The position numbers and the translations under genes were made by a program. From assembly GCF_039654945.1 (NCBI RefSeq), contig NW_027361864.1, positions 3,534,001 to 3,598,000 of the forward strand: a DNA stretch of 64,000 bases. Reading direction: 5' to 3'. Origin of the DNA: Dendrobates tinctorius. Lineage: Eukaryota. Below are positions 25,000 through 38,377 of the stretch, in pieces (position 1 is the stretch's first letter; each line of letters starts with the position of its first letter). The notes below the pieces were generated by a model. The model searched no databases. It was given only the letters and a program-made list of their open reading frames with translations, and was not told the origin of the DNA.

Positions 25000-27458
25000 G
25001 ATGAGAATTGCTCGTTTGGCTCAGAATTCTAATGATGTTTTTAAAGACACTCGAATAGGTCGAACATTGACAGACTGGGTAGCTACCTAAAAGAAGTGCC
25101 ATTATAATAACCGTTTTCTTCCTCCTGGAACTAGAGGCCATTTTCTAGTACTGACAAACACCACCTGTGCCCCCCATACATGTAACTAAAAATCATGCAC
25201 AACGTCAACAACTCACAATATTTCATGTTTTCCATGGGAAGAAACAGCTGCGGCGCTCCACCGAACATCTCGGAGCACATCAACCTATCTTACAAGACTG
25301 GCAAGTTGGGCAGCTCGTTTTCCATTGTCAGATGATGAGCTTTTGCAGAGCACAATATGTGGGCTTTTCCTTATCACACAAAATCCTGTCCCTGCTGAGC
25401 TAGTTTTTTCAATTTAGGAGTGCAAAGGGGTCATTACTAACTCAGCAGAAAGAACTTTCCTCCATGTTCTGTCTGTCGTACCTTTGCATAAAACAGCTTG
25501 TTCTTTTAGAGTTCATCATTAGTATAGGACATTGGAAATTGTCATTGATGCATATTAAACAATGTTTCACGTCCTCGTCCGTCTTCAGCCTCTGAGTCGT
25601 TTTGTTCTGGAAGCCTCATCTCTTGCGCTTATGCTTTTCTACAAGTTCATTATTCACCTTAATTTAAGATTTTTATTGGTTAGGTTGGGGTCCTCACATA
25701 TTCTCATAAGTTATCACCATCTTGTAAAATCTTTCAGATGTTTTCTCATCATTTTTTCCCCAAGTTTATCCAGTTGAGCACGAAATAAGATCATGATCTC
25801 AGAGATGAGTTTATTGGTTGAAGGATAAAAGTTCAGATTGTAGTACAAATTGTGTCTTGGAAATATCATCTGTGTCCATTTTGAGTTGTCGTTGTGTTCT
25901 GTATCATCTTAAACCCTTCATCGTCAAGAAAGTATTCATCGGAAGACCACTGTCATCTCCATTCATCACGTCTTCCATTTTTCTCGTTTGAACACACTGA
26001 ACCTTTTAGGTTTTTCCTACCTCCAAAACTTTTTTTTTTCCTTCTACTAGATGTCTGCCTAAAACACCTAGAAGGAAGCCTGCAATCCTGATGCACCTGT
26101 GGGATCTCTTAGCCCACCCCACAAATCTGCAGGCCACAAATCATGTTTAAGTGCGAACCCAGACAAAAAGTCGGGAACGATTTTTTTATCAAGTCTATTG
26201 GCGACGGCGCTCAGGAGAAGCGCAAAACCACCTTTTTTAGAGTGGGGATTACCTTGGGAATTCTGTCTGCTCATTTCGGGGGTAGGTACTGTATTTCTTT
26301 AAGGTTCTGTGACTTCTGCATGCATATGTGTTTGTGGAATCAGTGTGTATCTCAATGACTGGTTGGAGGGAACAAATGGGTGCTGTTTCCTAAAGATGAC
26401 CATTTTAAGACAGAAGCCTGGTTTCTTACAGCTGTTAAAAAGCAAATTTACCAAGGGAACTTTCCATCACGTGTGCAGTATACATGGCTCCAATCATGGA
26501 TGCACCCTTACACAGCGGTAGCCTTGACTTTTTTGGGCTGAAAGCTATAATCCTTAGATAAAGGTTGTTCAAATGCTTGTTTATTTCTACTGCCCACCTT
26601 TATATACTTGGCACTCAACCGGTTTCTCGAGAGGGAGATGATAGTGACCCTCTGCCAGATACCTCTACTTGTGGATTATTTCCTTTGAGAATAAACGGTC
26701 AGGTATGTCTAAAACCAACATGCCTGATCCATCTTTCTACTTATGACTTTTCCACATCTTCACGTTAAACGGTTGACTGGTCCCACCAATAACGGAGATC
26801 ATCCAACATGTATATAGCCACCCTTAGCTCAAGTTTGAGAGATGGATCATAAATCGTTTTTTTGGCCTTTGGATCTAAAAGCTTACCATTATTGGCCCAG
26901 GAAAATTCCTATTGTCAGTCTGATAGGTGCACGTATAAATGTCCGTTGTCTTGAACATGAACCAATTTTTATAAATGTGATTTAACAAATGCCTTCAGGG
27001 CTGACTGAGTATCTTACTAACTTCCTCATCTTCCTGCATTGACTTTGACATGATCAGACTTTAAACTTAGTTTTCTTGCTAAAGGTGGCCATACATTGAT
27101 CTGTCAGCATATAATATATTTTGGGTCCCTTATCTTTGAAGAATGATGGATGAGCTCTTCAGAAAAGGATTTACCAGCATATAGAAAATTTCTTTACAAT
27201 ATATTGAATATGTTGGCATCTAGCCATGCCCTCCATGTACTGACATATATATAAAAACTAAACACTCTTTTAAATTAATACTAAATTAACATTGGCACCC
27301 TGTTGTCATCTGGTGCAATTAGAGGCACATGACCGTTTCGATATAAGGAATAAATTGAAAATCAGGTCATTAAGTATTTGCAGATCTTATCAAAATCTCC
27401 ATTACTCTAATACTGTAGGACTGTAAAGCCCCCCCCCCCCCCCCATAATACTTTTGAC

Positions 27459-27645
27459 CAGTGTTCCCCAACTCCAGGCCTCAAGAGCCACCAACAGGTC
27501 ATGTTTTCAGGATTTTCTTTAGTATGGCCCAGGTGATGGAATTATTGCCTAGGCAGGTACTGCAATTATCACCTGGGCCATACTAAGGAAATCCTGAAAA
27601 CATGAACCGTTGGTGGCTCTTGAGGACCGGAGTTGGGGAAGACTG
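27459..27645. mobile_element. Palindromic hAT-type MITE
   Basis: CAGTGTTCCCCAACTCC...GGAGTTGGGGAAGACTG, ~85-bp arms, TSD CTTTTGAC/CTTTAGAC. Confidence 0.85.
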
Positions 27646-28066
27646 CTTTAGACTGTCGACTAAAGAATGGTTTGGTTGAGTGTTTGGCCGGCAGCTATTT
27701 CGCCCACCTCGCTACAGAACACTCTTGAGAGAACTGCTGATAGACATCTCTGGTGGTGGCTCATCCCTTAGAAAACAAAAGGACAGACCGTGAAATTGGG
27801 CATACCAGATCCTTACATCTCCTAACTATTATCTGTAGCGTTCCCCATACACATTAAACTTGTCAGCCAAACCTGTGGATTTCGGCAGGTTCAGCTAACG
27901 TCAGTCTAATGTGTATGGTGGCTTTGCCACTCTCCTCTAAAATGAGCTTAGACAAGTATTTCTCCACCATATTGGTTTGACTGGTCATGAATATTGATGC
28001 ATTTATCACATTATTGTGTTCCTTCTAGGAGCGAGGATTCTAGATCAGAAACCTCAAACAGTGGAC

Positions 28067-28277
28067 ATGGGAAAAGACTACTACAAGATCTTGGGCATCC
28101 CTTCAGGGGCCAACGAAGATGAGATCAAGAAAGCCTATCGCAAAATGGCCCTTAAATACCACCCAGATAAGAACAAGGATGCCAACGCTGAGGACAAGTT
28201 CAAGGAAATCGCAGAAGCCTATGATGTTCTTAGTGACCCCAAAAAGAGGGCAGTGTATGACCAGTATGGAGAAGAAG
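28067..28277 (+). CDS. dnajb5: DnaJ (Hsp40) subfamily B member 5, coding exon 1 (J domain, HPD motif)
   Basis: [37 protein letters not shown]...YDQYGEEG; acceptor TTCTAG ending at 28028 (exon starts 28029); donor G|GTAAGG; 211-nt phase-1 exon typical of DNAJB1/4/5. Confidence 0.97.
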
Positions 28278-29735
28278 GTAAGGACTCTGAAACCAGAGTG
28301 GATGGGTCAATGACTGTGAAGTATGTCAGTAGCGTGACCATGAATGCTGTGGATGTAACAGCTGAGACTACCACCACCTATCTCATGCAAAGAGACCAAA
28401 GTTCCCCTGTGTGAATGATAGGGAGCATGGGTGACCACAACCACTCCAGTACACAGCGGTCACACATGCTCGTTACCACTACATTCATACAGACTTTTAA
28501 AAGCCTATTCTCATGGTTGGTGGAGATTACAGGAAACAAATATAACAAAAATATTGAGATGAACTTTTGTTAATGACCAAATACTTATTTTCTACCATAA
28601 TTTGTACAATTTACCAAATCAGACAAGGTGATTTTCTGGATTTGTTTTCTCATTTTGACTCTCATAGTTGTGGTCTGTGATGCGCTTTCACTATTGCTTC
28701 CTCGAGGGCAGTTTGTTATGCGCTAAGAGTGCCATTTCCAGCGACCAATGGTGGCAGCGAGGGAGGATGCATCTCGAAGCGTCCATGTTGTGGTCTACCT
28801 ATGATGTCAATTACAGGCCTCTCTCATCTTTTTACGTGGTAGAACTTGCACAAATGGTGGCTGCATAATACTTTTTCCACCACTGTATGTTTGACTTTCT
28901 GTCGCTGGTCTCAAGTCACACTCAGTTTACTTGCCATTCACGTCACTGCCAGTTGCATATATAGCATGTCTTCGATTTGGCTATTTTTTTGGGGGGATTT
29001 TTTACAACCAAACTGCAGTTGTAAAATAGCCGCACAGCAGCGAGTAGAAGACAATTTGCACAAGTGTATTTGGTCGTATGACCAAAATCATGATACCCTC
29101 CCCATGTTTTAAAAAGATGGCTGCCTGTAACCTGGTATTAGCAGAACTGAACACTGGCATCTGTTATCCGTTCCCACTGTTGTTCTGTCATTATGTAGAT
29201 ATCTCCAGATTGCCCTTCAGCAATTATTAATAACTTGGACCTACCAGGACTTATTTGTGCAGAACGGCCGCACTGTTTATGCTGAGAAATAATCCGAGCC
29301 AGCTTTCTGTCTGATCTTGTGCACATGAGGATGTTTTCGTGGTGCTTGGAGTTGGGATATGGAGCAATAAGCAATCCTCTTGCCCAGAGCCGTCACCATC
29401 TGACTGCTGCAAACAAGACTAGATGTCTCCAGGGCTAAGACCTCTTATGTGACCCTACAAGGAGAACTGTGTAGTATTCAGTATGAAGCTACATGTTGTC
29501 ACTGGAAGAGGTTTTCTTCCCTTCGAAATGTTAAAAGGGTTATTCCCATATTATAATGTGTTGGCATATCATTAGGATATGCGATTTACTTTATGATTGA
29601 TTGGGGTCCCAGATGTTGGACAGCCGCTTATGAGAAAGGAGGGGCAGATGATGAGTTACATCATATGTTATATTTGGTACACATACAGAGTTTACATTTT
29701 CCGGGCAATATTAATATTCTCTGTCTCCGATGCAG

Positions 29736-30328
29736 GTCTGAAGACAGGAGGTGGATCATCTGGTAACACTGGGAACTCCTTCCATTACACTTTCCACGGG
29801 GACCCTCATGCCACCTTTGCTTCTTTCTTTGGGGGCTCAAACCCCTTTGACATCTTCTTTGGCTCAGGTCGCACCCGTATGGGCAATGGCTTCGACCACG
29901 AAGACATGGACATTGAAGATGATGATGACGACCCCTTCAGTAACTTTGGGCGTTTTGGGGTGAACGGATTCCACCGGCGGCACCCAGATCAGTTGCACAA
30001 TCGACGGAAAGTGCAAGACCCCCCTGTCATTCATGAGCTTAAAGTGTCATTGGAGGAAATCTATCACGGCTGTACCAAACGAATGAAGATCACACGGAGA
30101 AGATTGAACCCAGATGGCCGGACAGTAAGAACTGAGGACAAGATCCTAAATGTGGTGATCAAGAAAGGTTGGAAGGAGGGTACCAAGATTACCTTTCCTA
30201 AAGAAGGGGATGCCACATCAGAAAACATCCCCGCAGACATTGTGTTCCTACTGAAAGACAAACCACATGCACATTTCAAGAGAGATGGGTCCAACATAAT
30301 TTATACAGCCAAGATCACCTTGAAAGAG
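29736..30328 (+). CDS. dnajb5: DNAJB5 coding exon 2 (G/F-rich linker and C-terminal substrate-binding domain)
   Basis: LKTGGGSSG...FHGDPHATFASFFGGSNPFD...GWKEGTKITFPKEGD...TLKE; TGCAG| acceptor and |GTGAGT donor; phases compatible. Confidence 0.97.
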
Positions 30329-30580
30329 GTGAGTGCGCTTTCTAAAAACATCTTCTGCACTTTAAGGGCATTTTACTCTTATATACAAATATCTGATTAG
30401 TGGCGCACCAGTAGCTGGACCCAATTTGGTAAGACACACAAGGATATTGCCTATTATTAGGGTTTGTAGATTTGAAGAACATGTCACACAAAACTTTAAA
30501 GACCGTTGGCTACAGTAGCTGAACAACAGTCCTAAACAAGCATGTAGCATAGAGGAGCAGTCTCTTATACAGCAGAATAC

Positions 30581-30737
30581 AGAGAATTATTCAAGGTGTC
30601 TCTTGACTTCCTAACTCAGTGGCAACAAGCTAATGACCTGAGGTGGTCACAGGACATAGAATGTCCTGTGACCACCTCAGGTCATTAGCTTGTTGCCACT
30701 GAGTTAGGAAGTCAAGAGACACCTTGAATAATTCTCT
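30581..30737. repeat. Perfect 77-bp inverted repeat with a 3-nt spacer
   Basis: 30581-30657 is the exact reverse complement of 30661-30737; spacer AGA. Confidence 0.95.
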
Positions 30738-31489
30738 AAAGGTGGCCATACAATTTAGATCGGAGTAGTTTGATGACTGAACAGCTAAAAACGATTCATA
30801 TATTCCAAGTCCAGTGGCCCCGTGGGTAATTCAGTAGCAGCCGACCAGAGCACCGGGAACCTACCAGCCAACGTCCTTTGTAGGCCCATCGCAACATAAT
30901 CATGATGTCACGTTGGGCTTGCTAATCAGAAGAGGCACTAGGATGCCAGCTGGTAAGAGGAGGCTCATAAAGCTCTTGTCAGTCAACCATGGATTACTGA
31001 TGTGGCTTGTGGGGTCCTGTAAATCTTTTTGCTCATCTCTATTGGTGAGTGGTCGTTTTGCCAATGCAGCTATCCACATTTTGGTCATACATTGTGAATC
31101 ACACCGGGAAAAGGACGAAGATCTTACTGGGAACATTCTTTGCAGGAACGATCATTCGCAGCGTCAAAAGATGTTTTGTAGGAGCGAGAAGAGATCTGAA
31201 CCTAGTTTAAGTAGGGCAGCGCTCCCTGTGCGTGCAATACGAGCCCAGGACCTGATCCTGCTTGTTATGGGTTTATTTAGAGACGCTGTGAGCTCAGCAG
31301 TGCTGTCACTGGGCGTGCCTCTGGAGTAGACTCTTCTTGTGATATTTAAAGAGGACTCTACAGAATCACTATATCATCATCTCGTGATGAATGACTTCGG
31401 CTGGGTGGTTTTTCATTTTCATCATTTAATAAAGGACTTATTTTAAATCTGACACATATAACATTGTGAGCTATTCCGGTAGGGATTAA

Positions 31490-31828
31490 GGCTGTGTGCA
31501 CACGCTGCGGATTCCGCTGCGTTTCCGCAGCGGTTTTGGCCGCTGCGGACACGCAGCGGTGTACAGTACCATTCATTTGAATGGGAAAAAAAAAACGCTG
31601 TGCCGACGCTGCGGAAAAAAACGCGCGGATTTGCTGCGGTTTTGAATCCGCAGAAAGAATTGCATGTCAATTCTTTCTGCGGAAACCTATCTCCACCATT
31701 GTGGAGATAGTGAATCCGCAGGACCAAACCGCAGGCAAAACCGCAGATAATCCGCAGGTCTTTGGACCTGCGGATTATCTGCGGTTTTTGCAAAATCCGT
31801 GCGGATTCCGCAGCGTGTGCACGTACCC
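31490..31828. mobile_element. PIF/Harbinger-like MITE
   Basis: TAA-GGCTGTGTGCACACGCTGCGG...CCGCAGCGTGTGCACGTACCC-TTA; related to 56859-57207. Confidence 0.75.
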
Positions 31829-31869
31829 TTACTGTTTACTTACAAGGTTCTTGTAACTCTTTAATAGGA

Positions 31870-32430
31870 GCTTATTCAGATATTGCTCTCTAATAAGTGC
31901 TTCTTCAGAGGTTACTCTCTAATAAGATATTCTACAGAAGTTTGCTGTCTAGTAAGGGCTTCTTCAGAGGTTGCTCTCTAGGAAGGGCTTCTTCAGAGGT
32001 TGCTCTCTAGGAAGGGCTTCTTCAGAGATTGCTCTCTAGTAAGGGCTTCTTCAGTGATTGCTCTCTAGTAAGGGCTTCTTCAGTGATTGCTCTCTAGTAA
32101 GGGCTTCTTCAGTGGTTGCTCTCTAGTAAGGGCTTCTTCAGTGGTTGCTCTCTAGTAAGGGCTTCTTCAGTGGTTGCTCTCTAGTAAGGGCTTCTTCAGT
32201 GGTTGCTCTCTAGGAAGGGCTTCTTCAGTGGTTGCTCTCTAGGAAGGGCTTCAGTGGTTGCGCTCAAATAAGAGCATCTCCAGTGGTTGCTCTCTAGTAA
32301 AAGGGCTTCTTCAGAGGTTGCCTAGTAAAGTTGCTTCAGAGGTTTCTATCTTGTAAGGGCTTCTTCAGAGGTTACTGTCTAACAAGGGTTTAGTTAGTGG
32401 TTACTCACTAGTAAGGGTTGCTTCCAGGTT
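31870..32430. repeat. 29-bp minisatellite (GGTTGCTCTCTAGTAAGGGCTTCTTCAGT)
   Basis: Homogeneous centre with degenerate edges. Confidence 0.92.
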
Positions 32431-33787
32431 TGCTTTTTCATTGTAATTGCCACAAAGCTGCGTCAAAACACAATGGTTTATACAAAATTGTAGGAAAACT
32501 GTAGCAATGTGTCGTATTCCTGTTTGTCTGGAACTTGCCTAATACTGATCTTCATATTTTTCTGTTTGGTTATTATTACTCTCTTTGCCCGTTCTGTGCG
32601 TCCCTAACCCTTTTGCTTCAGCGCCACAATGCAGCTCAAGGAAATTCCCTTGCCTGTGGCAGCCCTTTTTTTTTTTTTTTTTTTTTTTTGCTTCCACCTG
32701 GTCACTGCAGAGTTTCCAGAGAAGCTATTAAAAGCCACATGTGTATTAATACCCAGAGTAACAAGCGATCACATGTATGTGCAGCGAGGCTTTGGAGTGC
32801 TGGAAAATATTTTTTCTTTTTTTCAGTTTAAAATCAGTTAATGTATCATTTGTGGAAAAGGGATCAGACAGTGGGAACATATCAGTAACTTGTTACTGAC
32901 ACCAGACAAGTGATCTTTGACCTTTAAGTGTTCTGTCTGGAACATTGCAGCCTCAACACATACTGTACAATGACTGGTGTATATGTGGTCCTGATTGTTA
33001 CTACTCTTACCTTCACACACAGTCAGTTATACTACTCAAGTGTCATTCCAGTTAGACATGAAAATTCTCCTTATTTTGCACATAGGGGCAGTATTATAGT
33101 AGTTATATTCTTGTACATAGGAGCAGTATTATAGTAGTTATATTCTTGTACATAGGGGCAGTATTATAGTAGTTATATTCTTGTACATGGGGGCAGTATT
33201 ATAGTAGTTATATTCTTATACATAGGAGCAGTATTATAGTAGTTATATTCTTGTACATGGGGGCAGTATTATAGTAGTTATATTCTTGTACATGGGGGCA
33301 GTATTATAGTAGTTATATTCTTGTACATGGGGGCAGTATTATAGTAGTTATATTCTTGTACATAGGGGGCAGTATTATAGTAGTTATATTCTTGTACATA
33401 GGGGCAGTATTATAGTAGTTATATTCTTGCACATAGGGGACAGTATTATAGTAGTTATATTCTTGTACATAGGGGCAGTATTATAGTAGTTATATTCTTG
33501 CACATAGGGGACAGTATTATAGTAGTTATATTCTTGTCCATAGGGGACAGTATTATAGTAGTTATATTCTTGTCCATAGGGGACAGTATTATAGTAGTTA
33601 TATTCTTGTACATAGGGGACAGTATTATAGTAGTTATATTCTTGTACATAGCAGTATTATAGCAGTTATATTCTTGTACATAGGAGCAGTATTATAGCAG
33701 TTATATTCTTGTATATAGGAGCAGTATTATAGCAGTTATATTCTTGTACATAGGGGCAGTATTATAGTAGTTATATTCTTGTACATA

Positions 33788-35423
33788 CAGTCATATGTTA
33801 AAGTTTGGGCACCCCTATTAATTTTAACCTTTTTTCTTTATAACAATTTTGGTTTTTGCAACAGCTATTTCAGTTTCATATATCTAATAACTGATGGACT
33901 CAGTTATATTTCTGGATTCAAATGAGGTTTATTGTACTAACAGAAAATGTGCAATCTGCATTTTAACAAAATTTGACCGCTGCAAAAGTATGGGCACCTC
34001 AACATAAAAGTGACATTAATATTTTGTAGAGCCTCCTTTTGCAAAAATAACAGCCTCTAGTCGCTTCCTGTAGCTATTAATGAGTTCCTGGATGAAGGTA
34101 TTTGTGACCATTCCTGTTTACAAAACAATTCCAGTTCAGTTAAGTTTGATGGTCGCCGAGCATGGACAGCCCGCTTCAAACCATCCCACAGATGTTCAAT
34201 GATATTCAGGTCTGGGGACTGGGATGGCCATTCCAGAACATTGTAATTGTTCCTCTGCATGAATGCCTGAGTAGATTTGGAGCGGTGTTTTGGATCATTG
34301 TCTTGCTGAAATATCCATCCCCTGCGTAACTTCAACTTCGTCACTGATTCTTGCACATTATTGTCAAGAATCTGCTGATACTGAGTTGAATCCATGCGAC
34401 CCTCAACTTTAACAAGATTCCTGGTGCCAGCATTGGCCACACAGCCCCAAAGCATGATGGAACCTCCACCAAATTTTACTGTGGGTAGCAAGTGTTTTTC
34501 TTGGAATGCTGTGTTTTTTAGCCTCCATCCATAACGCCTTTTTGCATGACCAAACAACTCAATCTTTGTTTCATCAGTCCACAGGACCCTCTTCCAAAAT
34601 GTAACTGGCTTGTCCAAATGTGCTTTTGCATACCTCAGGCGACTCTGTTTGTGGCGTGCTTGCAGAAACGGCTTCTTTCGCATCACTCTCCCATACTGCT
34701 TCTCCTTGTGCAAAGCGCGCTGTATTGTTGACCGATGCACAGTGACACCATCTGCAGCAAGATGATGCTGCCGGTCTTTGGAGGTGGTCTGTGGATTGTC
34801 CTTGACTGTTCTCACCATTCTTCTTCTCTGCCTTTCTGATAATTTTCTTGGCCTGCCACTTCTGGGCTTAACAAGAACTGTACCTGTGTTCTTCCATTTC
34901 CTTACTATGTTCCTCACAGTGGAAACTGACAGGTTAAATCTCTGAGACAACTTTTTGTATCCTTCCCCTGAAAAGCTATGTTGAATAATCTTTGTTTTCA
35001 GATCATTTGAGAGTTGTTTTGAGGAGCCCATGATGCCACTCTTCATAGGAGAATCAAATAGGAGAACTACTTGCAAGCGGCCACCTTAAATACCTTTTCT
35101 CATGATTTGATACACCTGGCTATGAAGTTCAAAGCTCAATGAGGTTACAAAACCAATTTAGTGCTTCAGGAAGTCAGTAAAAAGTAGTTAGAGTTCAAAT
35201 TTAAAAAATAAGGGTGCCCATACTTTTGCACCTGTCAAATTTTGTTAAAATGCAGATTGCACATTTTCTGTTAGTACAATAAACCTCATTTGAATCCAGA
35301 AACATAACTGAGTCCATCAGTTATTAGATATATGAAACTGAAATAGCTGTTACAAAAACCAAAATTGTTATAAAGAAACAAGGTTAACATTAGAAGGGGT
35401 GCCCAAACTTTAACATATGACTG
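33788..35423 (-). mobile_element. Tc1-family DNA transposon, full length (~1.64 kb, ~210-bp TIRs)
   Basis: TA|CAGTCATATGTTAAAGTTTGGGCACCCC ... GGGGTGCCCAAACTTTAACATATGACTG|TA; internal transposase ORF. Confidence 0.97.
34016..35076 (-). pseudogene. Tc1 DD34E transposase with a frameshifted C-terminus
   Basis: GRPRK, WTDETK, FQQDNDPKH and SPDLNIIE (D-34-E) are present; the canonical tail ELINSYRKRLEAVIFAKGGSTKY* is in another frame ending at 34016. Confidence 0.9.
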
Positions 35424-37229
35424 TAGGAGCAGTATTATAGTAATTATATTCTTGTACATATGGGCAGTATTATAGTAGTTATATTCTTGTACATAGGAGC
35501 AGTATTATAGTAGTTATATTCTTGTACATAAGGGGCAGTATTATAGTAGTTATATTCTTATACATAGGGGGCAGTATTATAGTAGTTATATTCTTGTACA
35601 TAAGGGGCAGTATTATAGTAGTTATATTCTAGTACATAGGGGGCAGTATTATAGTAGTTATATTCTTGTACATAGGGGGCAGTATTATAGTAGTTATATT
35701 CTTGTACATGGGGGCAGTATTATAGTAGTTATATTCTTGTACATAGGGGCAGTATTATAGTAGTTATATTCTTGTACATAGGGGCAGTATTATAGTAGAT
35801 ATATTCTTGTACATAGGGGCAGTATTATAGTAGTTATATTCTTGTACATAGGGGCAGTATTATAGTAGTTATACTCTTGTACATAGGAGCAGTATTATAG
35901 TAGTTATACTCTTGTACATAGGAGCAGTATTATAGTAGTTATATTCTTGTACATAGGTGGCAGTATTATAGCAGTTATATTCTTGTACATAGGAGCAGTA
36001 TTATAGTAGTTATATTCTTGAATATAGGGGCAGTATTATAGTAGTTATATTCTTGTACATAGGAGCAGTATTATAGTAGTTATATTCTTGTACATAGGTG
36101 GCAGTATTATAGTAGTTATATTCTTGTACATAGGAGAAGTATTATAGTAGTTATATTCTTGTACATAGGAGCAGTATTATAGTAGTTATATTCTTGTACA
36201 TAGGGGCAGTATTATAGTAGTTATAGTCTTGTACATAGGAGCAGTATTATAGTAGTTATATTCTTGTACATAGGAGTAGTATTATAGTAGTTATATTCTT
36301 GTACATAGGTGGCAGTATTATAGTTATATTCTTGTACATAGGTGGCAGTCCTATAGTTGTCATATTCTTATATGTAGGGGGCCGTGTTATAATAGGTCAC
36401 AATTTCACACTATTGTTGTCTAGCATATTTCCGTTTTTTCTGATTCGGTCATGCTCTGAGTTGCAGGGGTTAACCAGCAAGCTAATGGATCTTTGTGTAG
36501 CTGCATGAAGCCATGTCCTGAAAACATGCCAAGGTGAATAACTGTGCACCATTAAAGGTGCGAGCCTCAGAGCAGCGATCGCTTTGCTCCCGTGGGATTG
36601 TGATGTGGACATTGTCGCAGCATCGTCCATATTTAGCACCTCTCCAGTTCCAGGAATAGTCAGGGTCAGATTCTGCTCCAGGCACGTAAATTTTTAAGGA
36701 GGGCAGAGTTTTCTTTCCTCGCTGGTGATAGGCGCAGTCTCCCTGTACAGTTACATCTTGTGTCCTCTGTGGCGGGATTACTCTGAATCTGGGGTAGGGA
36801 GAAGGTTGCGGCCTTGAAGGAGAGCTTCAGAGTTGGAGGGAATAATGCTAAAACTCTAAACTAGGGACCTTAATAGATGGCTGTCATCGGATACAGGAAC
36901 TTACTGATCCAGGCACCACAAAATGAGTTTTATCCTGCGCTTTATTGTCCATGATTAGAATGCAGCATGACAGTGAAGACTGACACTTCTGAGTTGGTGA
37001 AAATAGTCTATAATTGTAGTTTAGTGGCAGATCTTCACATGAATGATTATTTGCTATAATTGCCCTTAGTCTAATGTAGGTAAAGCGTGTTAGCTGGTAG
37101 AAATCTTCTTCAAAAATGTATCACTTTCCTAAATTCGTTGTATTGGATATGCCACTATTTTATCACCGGGGGGGGGACTTTTAAGCCCTCATTAAAGAGA
37201 TGCTTCTCAATCTTTCCATGCACATTGAC

Positions 37230-38377
37230 CAGGGCTGTGGAGTCGGAGTCTGTGTCCATTTTGGTGGAGTCGGTATAAAATGGATCTACTCCAACTCCTA
37301 AAATATCTAAAACATTAGGTACAGTAGTGCAACGAAGGATGTGCTGTAAATATTTTCATAAGAATTTGGGAGAGTTATGAAATGTCCTATAAATGTCTGT
37401 TCTGTTCCTGATGTAAGGATCTCGGCTTTTAGTGGAGATGAATCTGTGCTGCCCTTTATACACATGCTCAGTAGTGACCAGCGCTGTGGAGTCTGAGTGG
37501 AGATGAATCTGTGCTGCACTCTATGCACATGCTCAGTAGTGACCAGCGCTGTGGAGTCTGAGTGGAGATGAATCTGTGCTGCACTTTATACACATGCTCA
37601 GTAGTGACCAGCGCTGTGGAGTCTGAGTGGAGATGAATCTGTGCTGCACTCTATGCACATGCTCAGTAGTGACCAGCGCTGTGGAGTCTGAGTGGAGATG
37701 AATCTGTGCTGCACTCTATGCACATGCTCAGTAGTGACCAGCGCTGTGGAGTCTGAGTGGAGATGAATCTGTGCTGCACTTTATACACATGCTCAGTAGT
37801 GACCAGCGCTGTGGAGTCTGAGTGGAGATGAATCTGTGCTGCACTCTATGCACATGCTCAGTAGTGACCAGCGCTGTGGAGTCTGAGTGGAGATGAATCT
37901 GTGCTGCTCTCTATGCACATGCTCAGTAGTGACCAGCGCTGTGGAGTCTGAGTGGAGATGAATCTGTGCTGCACGTTATGTACATGCTCAGTAGTGACCA
38001 GTGCTGTGGGGTCATAGATGAGATGAATCTGTGCTGCACTTTATGCACATGCTCAGTAGTGACCAGTGCTGTGGGGTCATAGATGAGATGAATCTGTGCT
38101 GCACTTTATGCACATGCTCAGTAGTGACCAGTGCTGTGGGGTCATAGATGAGATGAATCTGTGCTGCACTTTATGCACATGCTCAGTAGTGACCAGTGCT
38201 GTGGGGTCATAGATGAGATGAATCTGTGCTGCACTTTATGCACATGCTCAGTAGTGACCAGTGCTGTGGAGTTGGAGTGGAGATGAATCTGTGCTGCACT
38301 TTATGCACATGCTCAGTTGTGACCAGTGCTGTGGGGTCGAGAAATCGGAGGTTTGGCTTACCCACTCAACAGCCCTG
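37230..38377. mobile_element. hAT-type non-autonomous element containing a 65-bp tandem array (about 14 units, 37431-38340)
   Basis: CAGGGCTGTGGAGT...ACTCAACAGCCCTG TIRs; TSD ACATTGAC/ATATTGAT (6/8); AGATGAATCT recurs every 65 nt. Confidence 0.8.

Larger units (their letters stand above)
33080..36370. repeat. 35-36 bp minisatellite array interrupted by a Tc1 element
   Basis: Same unit as 1-1485 on both sides of 33788-35423. Confidence 0.95.

Noticed and set aside
28016-28066. N-terminal extension of DNAJB5 suggested by the ORF track (also 29597-29735)
   Set aside because: These starts lie in intronic sequence upstream of the splice acceptors, so the extensions are not supported
32600-32860. 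Possible muscle enhancer (MEF2-like site and E-boxes) in a dnajb5 intron
   Set aside because: Imperfect short motifs that are expected by chance; needs conservation data
37431-38340. CRISPR-like appearance of the regular arrays (also 1-1485 and 59890-61200)
   Set aside because: No unique spacers, no cas genes, and a eukaryotic context
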